DNA from: Eledone cirrhosa
Taxonomy: Eukaryota
DNA: 64,000 bases
Reading direction: 5' to 3'
Assembly (NCBI GenBank): GCA_964016885.1
Contig: OZ024740.1
Span: 137,764,001 to 137,828,000 of the forward strand
Positions within the stretch are counted from its first letter, which is position 1. Every line of letters begins with the position of its first letter. Below are positions 50,805-62,200 of the stretch, one piece after another. Position numbers and translations under genes: made by a program. The notes beneath the pieces were generated by a model. It saw only the letters and a list, made by a program, of their open reading frames with translations, was not told the origin of the DNA and made no database searches.

Positions 50805-53800
50805 TTTCTCTTATCACTTTTCTCTCAATCTCCAATTCTCTCTTTCTCTTATCACTTTTCCCCCATCTCCAATTCTCTCTTTCTCTTATCACTTTTCTCT
50901 CAATCTCCAATTCTCTCTTTCTCTTATCACTTTTCTCTCAATCTCTAATTCTCTCTTTCTCTTATCACTTTTCTCTCAATCTCCAATTCTCTCTTTCTCT
51001 TATCACTTTTCCCCCTAATCTCCAATTCTCTCTTTCTCTTATCACTTTTCTCTCACTCTCCAATTCTCTCTTTCTCTTATGACTTTTCCCCCAATCTCCA
51101 ATTCTCTCTTTCTCTTATCACTTTTCTCTCAATCTCCAATTCTCTCTTTCTCTTATGACATTTCCCCCAATCTCCAATTATCTCTTTCTCTTATCACTTT
51201 AACTCACTCTCCAATTCTCTCTTTCTCTTATCACTTTTCCCCCAATTTCTAATTCTCTCTTTCTCGTATCAATTTTCTCTCAATCTCCAATTCTTTCTTT
51301 CTCTAATCCCTTTTCCCCCAATCTCCAATTCTCTCTTTCTCTTATCACTTTTCTCTCAATCTTCAATTCTCCTTTTCACTTATCACTTTTTTCTCAATCT
51401 CCAATTCTCTCTTTCTCTTATCACTTTTCTCTCAATCTCCAATTCTCTCTTTCTCTTATCACTTTTCTCTCAATCTCCAATTCTCTCTTTCTCTTATGAC
51501 TTTTCCCCCAATCTCCAATTATCTCTTTCTCTTATCACTTTAACTCACTCTCCAATTCTCTCTTTCTCTTATCAATTTTCTCTCTATCTCCAATTCTTTC
51601 TTTCTCTTATCACTTTTCTCTCAATCTCCAATTCTTTCTTTCTCTAATCCCTTTTCCCCCAATCTCCAATTCTCTCTTTCTCTTATCACTTTTCTCTCAA
51701 TCTCCAATTCTCCTTTTCACTTATCACTTTTTTCTCAATCTCCAATTCTCTGTTTCTCTTATCACTTTTCTCTCAATCTCCAATTCTCTCTTTCTCTTAT
51801 GACTTTTCCCCCAATCTCCAATTCTCTCTTTCACTTATCAATTTTCTCTCAATCTCCAATTCTCTCTTTCTCTTATCACTTTTCTCCCAATCTCCAATTC
51901 TCTCAATCTCTTATCACTTTTCTCTCAATCTCCAATTCCCTCTTTCTCTTATCACTTTTCTCTCAATCTCTAATTCTCTCTTTCTCTTATCACTTTTCTC
52001 TCAATCTCCAATTCTCTCTTTCTCTTATCACTTTTCTCTCAATCTCCAATCCTCTCTTTCTGTTCTCAGTTTACTCCCAAACTCCAATTCTCTCTTTCTC
52101 TTATCGCTTTTCTCTCAATCTCCAATTCTCTCTTTCTCTTATCACTTTTCCCCCAATCTCCAATTCTCTCTTTCTATTATCACTTTTCTCTCAATCTCCA
52201 ATTCTCTCTTTCTCTTATCACCTTTCCCCCAATCTCCAATTCTCTCTTTCTCTTATCACTTTTCTCTCAATCTCCAATTCTCTCTTTCTCTTATCACTTT
52301 TCCCCCAATCTCCAATTCTCTCTTTCTGTTATCAATTTTCTCTCAATCTCCAATTCTTTCTTTCTCTTATCACTTTTCTCTCAATCTCCAATTCTCTCTT
52401 TCTCTTATCACTTTTCCCCCATCTCCAATTCTCTCTTTCTCTTATCACTTTTCTCTCAATCTCCAATTCTCTCTTTCTCTTATCACTTTTCTCTCAATCT
52501 CCAATTCTCTCTTTCTCTTATCACTTTTCCCCCATCTCCAATTCTCTCTTTCTCTTATCACTTTTCTCTCAATCTCCAATTCTCTCTTTCTCTTATCACT
52601 TTTCTCTCAATCTCTAATTCTCTCTTTCTCTTATCACTTTTCTCTCAATCTCCAATTCTCTCTTTCTCTTATCACTTTTCCCCCTAATCTCCAATTCTCT
52701 CTTTCTCTTATCACTTTTCTCTCACTCTCCAATTCTCTCTTTCTCTTATGACTTTTCCCCCAATCTCCAATTCTCTCTTTCTCTTATCACTTTTCTCTCA
52801 ATCTCCAATTCTCTCTTTCTCTTATGACATTTCCCCCAATCTCCAATTATCTCTTTCTCTTATCACTTTAACTCACTCTCCAATTCTCTCTTTCTCTTAT
52901 CACTTTTCCCCCAATTTCTAATTCTCTCTTTCTCGTATCAATTTTCTCTCAATCTCCAATTCTTTCTTTCTCTAATCCCTTTTCCCCCAATCTCCAATTC
53001 TCTCTTTCTCTTATCACTTTTCTCTCAATCTTCAATTCTCCTTTTCACTTATCACTTTTTTCTCAATCTCCAATTCTCTCTTTCTCTTATCACTTTTCTC
53101 TCAATCTCCAATTCTCTCTTTCTCTTATCACTTTTCTCTCAATCTCCAATTCTCTCTTTCTCTTATGACTTTTCCCCCAATCTCCAATTATCTCTTTCTC
53201 TTATCACTTTAACTCACTCTCCAATTCTCTCTTTCTCTTATCAATTTTCTCTCTATCTCCAATTCTTTCTTTCTCTTATCACTTTTCTCTCAATCTCCAA
53301 TTCTTTCTTTCTCTAATCCCTTTTCCCCCAATCTCCAATTCTCTCTTTCTCTTATCACTTTTCTCTCAATCTCCAATTCTCCTTTTCACTTATCACTTTT
53401 TTCTCAATCTCCAATTCTCTGTTTCTCTTATCACTTTTCTCTCAATCTCCAATTCTCTCTTTCTCTTATGACTTTTCCCCCAATCTCCAATTCTCTCTTT
53501 CACTTATCAATTTTCTCTCAATCTCCAATTCTCTCTTTCTCTTATCACTTTTCTCCCAATCTCCAATTCTCTCAATCTCTTATCACTTTTCTCTCAATCT
53601 CCAATTCCCTCTTTCTCTTATCACTTTTCTCTCAATCTCTAATTCTCTCTTTCTCTTATCACTTTTCTCTCAATCTCCAATTCTCTCTTTCTCTTATCAC
53701 TTTTCTCTCAATCTCCAATCCTCTCTTTCTGTTCTCAGTTTACTCCCAAACTCCAATTCTCTCTTTCTCTTATCGCTTTTCTCTCAATCTCCAATTCTCT

Positions 53801-54158
53801 CTTTCTCTTATCACTTTTCCCCCAATCTCCAATTCTCTCTTTCTATTATCACTTTTCTCTCAATCTCCAATTCTCTCTTTCTCTTATCACCTTTCCCCCA
53901 ATCTCCAATTCTCTCTTTCTCTTATCACTTTTCTCTCAATCTCCAATTCTCTCTTTCTCTTATCACTTTTCCCCCAATCTCCAATTCTCTCTTTCTGTTA
54001 TCAATTTTCTCTCAATCTCCAATTCTTTCTTTCTCTTATCACTTTTCTCTCAATCTCCAATTCTCTCTTTCTCTTATCACTTTTCCCCCATCTCCAATTC
54101 TCTCTTTCTCTTATCACTTTTCTCTCAATCTCCAATTCTCTCTTTCTCTTATCACTTT
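50805..54158. repeat. Tandem duplication of a 1669-bp (44-monomer) unit
   Basis: The G of the private variant TTCTCGTATC is at 51266/52935. ORF starts 51799/53468. The 37-bp monomer junction is at 50865/52534. Confidence 0.9.
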
Positions 54159-57100
54159 TATCTCAATCTCCAATTCGCTCTTTCTCATATCACTTTTCCT
54201 CCAATCTCCAATTCTCTCTTTCTCTTATCAATTTTCTCTCAATCTCCAATTCTTTCTTTATCTAATCACTTTTCCCCCAATCTCCAATTCTCTCTTTCTC
54301 TTATCACTTTTCTCTCAATCTCCAATTCCCACTTTCTCTTATCACTTTTCTTTTTCTCTCACTCTCCAATTCTCTCTTTCTCTTATGTCTTTTCCCCCAA
54401 TCTCCAATTCTCTCTTTCTCTTATCCCTTTTCTCTCAATCTCCAATTCTCTCTTTCTTTTCTCACTTTTCCCCCAATCTCCAATTCTCTCTTTCTCTTCA
54501 CACTTTTCCCCCCAATCTCCAATTCTCTCTTTCTCTTATCACCTTTCCCCCAATCTCCAATTCTCTCTTTCTCTTATCCCTTTTCTCTCAATCTCCAATT
54601 CTCTCTTTCTCTTATCACTTTTCTCTCAATCTCCAATTCTCTCAATCTCTTATCACTTTTCTCTCAATCTCCAATTCCCTCTTTCTCTTATCACTTTTCT
54701 CTCAATCTCTAATTCTCTCTTTCTCTTATCACTTTTCTCTCAATGTCCAATTCTCTCTTTCTCTTATCCCTTTTCTCTCAATCTCCAATTCTCTCTTTCT
54801 TTTCTCACTTTTCCCCCAATCTCCAATTCTCTCTTTCTCTTCACACTTTTCCCCCCAATCTCCAATTCTCTCTTTCTATTATCACCTTTCCCCCAATCTC
54901 CAATTCTCTCTTTCTCTTATCCCTTTTCTCTCAATCTCCAATTCTCTCTTTCTCTTATCACTTTTCTCTCAATCTCCAATTCTCTCAATCTCTTATCACT
55001 TTTCTCTCAATCTCCAATTCCCTCTTTCTCTTATCACTTTTCTCTCAATCTCCAATTCTCTCAATCTCTTATCACTTTTCTCTCAATCTCCAATTCCCTC
55101 TTTCTCTTATCACTTTTCTCTCAATCTCTAATTCTCTCTTTCTCTTATCACTTTTCTCTCAATCTCCAATTCTCTCTTTCTCTTATCACTTTTCTCTAAA
55201 TCTCCAATCCTCTCTTTCTGTTCTCAGTTTACTCCCAATCTCCAATTCTCTCTTTCTCTTCCAACTTTTCACCCAATCACCAATTCTCTCTTTCTCTTAT
55301 CACTTTTCCCCCAATCTCCAATTCTCTCTTTCTCTTATCACTTTAACTCACTCTCCAATTCTTCTTTCTCTTATCACTTTTCCCCCAATCTCCAATTCTC
55401 TCTTTCTCTTATCAATTTTCTCTCAATCTCCAATTCTTTCCTTCTCTAATCACTTTTCCCCCAATCTCCAATTCTCTCTTTCTCTTATCACTTTTCTCTC
55501 AATCTCCAATTCTCCTTTTCACTTATCACTTTTTTCTCAATCTCCAATTCTCTCTTTCTCTTATCACTTTTCTCTCAATCTCCAATTCTCTCTTTCTCTT
55601 ATCACTTTTCCCCCAATCTCCAATTCTCTCTTTCTCTTATCACCTTTCCCCCAATCTCCAATTCTCTCTTTCTCTCATCACTTTTCTCTCAATCTCCAAT
55701 TCTCTCTTTCTCTTATGACTTTTCCCCCAATCTCCAATTCTCTCTTTCTGTTATCAATTTTCTCTCAATCTCCAATTCTTTCTTTCTCTTATCACTTTTC
55801 TCTCAATCTCCAATTCTCTCTTTCTCTTATCACTTTTCCCCCATCTCCAATTCTCTCTTTCTCTTATCACTTTTCTCTCAATCTCCAATTCTCTCTTTCT
55901 CTTATCACTTTTCTCTCAATCTCTAATTCTCTCTTTCTCTTATCACTTTTCTCTCAATCTCCAATTCTCTCTTTCTCTTATCACTTTTCCCCCTAATCTC
56001 CAATTCTCTCTTTCTCTTATCACTTTTCTCTCACTCTCCAATTCTCTCTTTCTCTTATGACTTTTCCCCCAATCTCCAATTCTCTCTTTCTCTTATCACT
56101 TTTCTCTCAATCTCCAATTCTCTCTTTCTCTTATGACATTTCCCCCAATCTCCAATTATCTCTTTCTCTTATCACTTTAACTCACTCTCCAATTCTCTCT
56201 TTCTCTTATCACTTTTCCCCCAATTTCCAATTCTCTCTTTCTCTTATCAATTTTCTCTCAATCTCCAATTCTTTCTTTCTCTAATCCCTTTTCCCCCAAT
56301 CTCCAATTCTCTCTTTCTCTTATCACTTTTCTCTCAATCTTCAATTCTCCTTTTCACTTATCACTTTTTTCTCAATCTCCAATTCTCTCTTTCTCTTATC
56401 ACTTTTCTCTCAATCTCCAATTCTCTCTTTCTCTTATCACTTTTCCCCCAATCTCCAATTCTCTCTTTCTCTTATCACCTTTCCCCCAATCTCCAATTCT
56501 CTCTTTCTCTTATCACTTTTCTCTCAATCTCCAATTCTCTCTTTCTCTTATGACTTTTCCCCCAATCTCCAATTCTCTCTTTCTGTTATCAATTTTCTCT
56601 CAATCTCCAATTCTTTTTTTCTCTTATCACTTTTCTCTCAATCTCCAATTCTCTCTTTCTCTTATCACTTTTCCCCCATCTCCAATTCTGTCTTTCTCTT
56701 ATCACTTTTCTCTCAATCTCCAATTCCCTCTTTCTCTTATCACTTTTCTCTCAATCTCTAATTCTCTCTTTCTCCTATCACTTTTCTCTCAATCTCCAAT
56801 TCTCTCTTTCTCTTATCACTTTTCCCCCCAATCTCCAATTCTCTCTTTCTCTTATCACTTTTCTCTCACTCTCCAATTCTCTCTTTCTCTTATGACTTTT
56901 CCCCCAAACTCCAATTCTCTCTTTCTCTTATCCCTTTCCTCTCAATCTCCAATTCTCTCTTTCTTTTCTCACTTTTCCCCCAATCTCCAATTCTGTATTT
57001 CTCTACACACAAATCCCCTAATCTCCAATTCTCTCTTTCACTTATCAATTTTCTCTCAATCTCCAATTCTCTCTTTCTCTTATCACTTTTCTCCCAATCT

Positions 57101-59299
57101 CCAATTCTCTCAATCTCTTATCACTTTTCTCTCAATCTCCAATTCCCTCTTTCTCTTATCACTTTTCTCTCAATCTCTAATTCTCTCTTTCTCTTATCAC
57201 TTTTCTCTCAATCTCCAATTCTCTCTTTCTCTTATCACTTTTCTCTCAATCTCCAATCCTCTCTTTCTGTTCTCAGTTTACTCCCAAACTCCAATTCTCT
57301 CTTTCTCTTATCGCTTTTCTCTCAATCTCCAATTCTCTCTTTCTCTTATCACTTTTCCCCCAATCTCCAATTCTTTCTTTCTATTATCACTTTTCTCTCA
57401 ATCTCCAATTCTCTCTTTCTCTTATCACCTTTCCCCCAATCTCCAATTCTCTCTTTCTCTTATCACTTTTCTCTCAATCTCCAATTCTCTCTTTCTCTTA
57501 TCACTTTTCCCCCAATCTCCAATTCTCTCTTTCTGTTATCAATTTTCTCTCAATCTCCAATTCTTTCTTTCTCTTATCACTTTTCTCTCAATCTCCAATT
57601 CTCTCTTTCTCTTATCACTTTTCCCCCATCTCCAATTCTCTCTTTCTCTTATCACTTTTCTCTCAATCTCCAATTCTCTCTTTCGCTTATCACTTTTATC
57701 TCAATCTCCAATTCGCTCTTTCTCATATCACTTTTCCTCCAATCTCCAATTCTCTCTTTCTCTTATCAATTTTCTCTCAATCTCCAATTCTTTCTTTATC
57801 TAATCACTTTTCCCCCAATCTCCAATTCTCTCTTTCTCTTATCACTTTTCTCTCAATCTCCAATTCCCACTTTCTCTTATCACTTTTCTTTTTCTCTCAC
57901 TCTCCAATTCTCTCTTTCTCTTATGTCTTTTCCCCCAATCTCCAATTCTCTCTTTCTCTTATCCATTTTCTCTCAATCTCCAATTCTCTCTTTCTTTTCT
58001 CACTTTTCCCCCAATCTCCAATTCTCTCTTTCTCTTCACACTTTTCCCCCCAATCTCCAATTCTCTGTTTCTCTTATCACCTTTCCCCCAATCTCCAATT
58101 CTCTCTTTCTCTTATCCCTTTTCTCTCAATTTCCAATTCTCTCTTTCTTTTCTCACTTTTCCCCCAATCTCCAATTCTGTATTTCTCTACACACAAATCC
58201 CCTAATCTCCAATTCTCTCTTTCACTTATCAATTTTCTCTCAATCTCCAATTCTCTCTTTCTCTTATCACTTTTCTCTCAATCTCCAATTCCCTCTTTCT
58301 CTTATCACTTTTCTCTCAATCTCTAATTCTCTCTTTCTCTTATCACTTTTCTCTCAATGTCCAATTCTCTCTTTCTCTTATCCCTTTCCTCTCAATCTCC
58401 AATTCTCTCTTTCTTTTCTCACTTTTCCCCCAATCTCCAATTCTGTATTTCTCTACACACAAATCCCCTAATCTCCAATTCTCTCTTTCACTTATCAATT
58501 TTCTCTCAATCTCCAATTCTCTCTTTCTCTTATCACTTTTTTCCCAATCTCTAATTCTCTCAATCTCTTATCACTTTTCTCTCAATCTCCAATTCCCTCT
58601 TTCTCTTATCACTTTTCTCTCAATCTCTAATTCTCTCTTTCTCTTTTCTCTCAATCTCCAATTCTCTCTTTCTCTTATCACTTTTCTCTCAATCTCCAAT
58701 CCTCTCTTTCTGTTCTCAGTTTACTCCCAATCTCCAATTCTCTCTTTCTCTTGTCACTTTTCTCTCAATCTCCAATTCTCTCTTTCTCTTATCACTTTTC
58801 CCCCAATCTCCAATTCTCTCTTTCTATTATCACTTTTCTCTCAATCTCCAATTCTCTCTTTCTGTTATCACCTTTCCCCCAATCTCCAATTCTCTCTTTC
58901 TCTTATCACTTTTCTCTCAATCTCCAATTCTCTCTTTCTCTTATGACTTTTCCCCCAATCTCCAATTCTCTCTTTCTGTTATCAATTTTCTCTCAATCTC
59001 CAATTCTTTCTTTCTCTTATCACTTTTCTCTCAATCTCCAATTCTCTCTTTCTCTTATCACATTTCCCCCATCTCCAATTCTCTCTTTCTCTTATCACTT
59101 TTCTCTCAATCTCCAATTCTCTCTTTCTCTTATCACTTTTATCTCAATCTCCAATTCTCTCTTTCTCTTATCACTTTTCTCTCAATCACCAATTCTCTCT
59201 TTCTCTTCTCACTTTTACCCCAATCTCCAATTCTCTCTTTCTCTTATCACTTTTCCTCCAATCTCCAATTCTCTCTTTCTCTTATCAATTTTCTCTCAA

Positions 59300-62200
59300 T
59301 CTCCAATTCTTTCTTTATCTAATCACTTTTGCCCCAATCTCCAATTCTCTCTTTCTCTTATCACTTTTCTCTTAATCTCCAATTCACTCTTTCTCTTATC
59401 ACTTTTCTCTCAATCTCCAATTCCCTCTTTCTCTTATCACTTTTCTTTTTCTCTCACTCTCCAATTCTCTCTTTCTCTTATGTCTTTTCCCCCAATCTCC
59501 AATTCTCTCTTTCTCTTATCCCTTTTCTCTCAATCTCCAATTCTCTCTTTCTTTTCTCACTTTTCCCCCAATCTCCAATTCTCTCTTTCTCTTCACACTT
59601 TTCGCCCAATCTCCAATTCTCTCTTTCTCTTATCACCTTTCCCCCAATCTCCAATTCTCTCTTTCTCTTATCCCTTTTCTCTCAATCTCCAATTCTCTCT
59701 TTCTTTTCTCACTTTTCCCCCAATCCCCAATTCTGTATTTCTCTACACACAAATCCCCTAATCTCCAATTCTCTCTTTCACTTATCAATTTTCTCTCAAT
59801 CTCCGATTCTCTCTTTCTCTTATCACTTTTCTCTCAATCTCCAATTCTCTCAATCTCTTATCACTTTTCTCTCAATCTCCAATTCCCTCTTTCTCTTATC
59901 ACATTTCTCTCAATCTGTAATTCTCTCTTTCTCTTATCACTTTTCTCTCAATCTCCAATTCTCTCTTTCTCAAATCACTTTTCTCTCAATCTCCAATCCT
60001 CTCTTTCTGTTCTCAGTTTACTCCCAATCTCCAATTCCCTCTTTCTCTTATCACTTTTCTCTCAATCTCCAATTCTCTCTTTCTCTTATCAATTTTCCCC
60101 CAATCTCCAATTCTCTCTTTCTATTATCACTTTTCTCCCAATCTCCAATTCTCTCTTTCTCTTATCACCTTTCCCCCAATCTCCAATTCTCTCTTACTCT
60201 TATCACTTTTCTCTCAATCTCCAATTCTCTCTTTCTCTTATGACTTTTCCCCCAATCTCCAATTCTCTCTTTCTGTTATCAATTTTCTCTCAATCTCCAA
60301 TTCTTTCTTTCTCTTATCACTTTTCTCTCAATCTCCAATTCTCTCTTTCTCTTATCACTTTTCCGCCAAGCTCCAATTCTCTCTTTCTCTTATCACTTTT
60401 CTCTCAATCTCCAATTCTCCTTTTCACTTATCACTTTTTTCTCAATCTCCAATTCTCTCTTTCTCTTATCACTTTTCTCTCAATCTCCAATTCTTTCTTT
60501 ATCTAATCACTTTTCCCCCAATCTCCAATTCTCTCTTTCTCTTATCACTTTTCTCTCAATCTCCAATTCTCCTTTTCACTTATCACTTTTTTCTCAATCT
60601 CCAATTCTCTCTTTCTCTTATCACTTTTCTCTCAATCTCCAATTCTCTCTTTCTCTTATCACCTTTCCCCCAATCTCCAATTCTCTCTTTCTCTTATCAC
60701 TTTTCTCTCAATCTCCAATTCTCTCTTTCTCTTATCACTTTTCCCCCATCTCCAATTCTCTCTTTCTCTTATCACTTTTCTCTCAATCTCCAATTCTCTC
60801 TTTCTCTTATCACTTTTCTCTCAATCTCCAATTCCCTCTTTCTCTTATCACTTTTCTCTCAATCTCTAATTCTCTCTTTCTCTCATCACTTTTCTCTCAA
60901 TCTCCAATTCTCTCTTTCTCTTATCACTTTTCCCCCCCAATCTCCAATTCTCTCTTTCTCTTATCACTTTTCTCTCACTCTCCAATTCTCTTTTTCTCTT
61001 ATGACTTTTCCCCCAATCTCCAATTCTCTCTTTCTCTTATCCCTTTTCTCTCAATCTCCAATTCTCTCTTTCTTTTCTCACTTTTCCCCCAATCTCCAAT
61101 TCTCTCTTTCTCTTCACACTTTTCCCCCAATCTCCAATTCTCTCTTTCTCTTATCACTTTTCCCCCAATCTCCAATTCTCTCTTTCTCTTATCCCTTTTC
61201 TCTCAATCTCCAATTCTCTCATTCTTTTCTCACTTTTCCCCCAATCTCCAATTCTCTATTTCTCTACACACAAATCCCCTAATCTCCAATTCTCTCTTTC
61301 ACTTATCAATTTTCTCTCAATCTCCAATTCTCTCTTTCTCTTATCACTTTTCTCTCAATCTCCAATTCTCTCAATCTCTTATCACTTTTCTCTCAATCTC
61401 CATTTCCCTCTTTCTCTTATTACTTTTCTCTCAATCTCTAATTCTCTCTTTCTCTTATCACTTTTCTCTCAATCTGCAATTCTCTCTTTCTCTTATCACT
61501 TTTCCCCCAATCTCCAATTCTCTCTTTCTCTTATCACTTTTCTCTCACTCTCCAATTCTCTCTTTCTCTTATGACTTTTCCCCCAATCTCCAATTCTCTC
61601 TTTCTCTTATCAATGTTCTCTCTATCTCCAATTCTTTCTTTCTCTAATCACTTTTCCCCCAATCTCCAATTCTCTCTTTCTCTTATCACTTTTCTCTCAA
61701 TCTCCAATTCTCCTTTTCACTTATCACTTTTTTCTCAATCTCCAATTCTCTCTTTCTCTTATCACTTTTCTCTCAATCTCCAATTCTCTCTTTCTCTTAT
61801 CACTTTTCCCCCAATCTCCAATTCTCTCTTTCTCTCATCACTTTTCGCTCAATCTCCAATTCGCTCTTTCTCTCCTCACTTTTCTCTGAATCTCAAATTC
61901 TCTCTTTATCTTCTCACTTTTCTCTCAATCTCCAATCCTCTCTTTCTGTTCTCAGTTTACTCCCAATCTCCAATTCTCTCTTTCTCTTATCACTTTTCTC
62001 TCAATCTCCAATTCTCTCTTACTCTTCTAACTTTTCCCCCGATCTCCAATTCTATCTTTCTCTTCTCACTTTTCCCCCAATCTCCAATTCTCTCTTTCTC
62101 TCATCACTTTTCTCTCAATCTCCAATTCTCTCTTTCTCTTATCACTTTTCTCTCAATCTCCAATTCTCTCTTTCTCTTATCACATTTCCCCCATCTCCAA

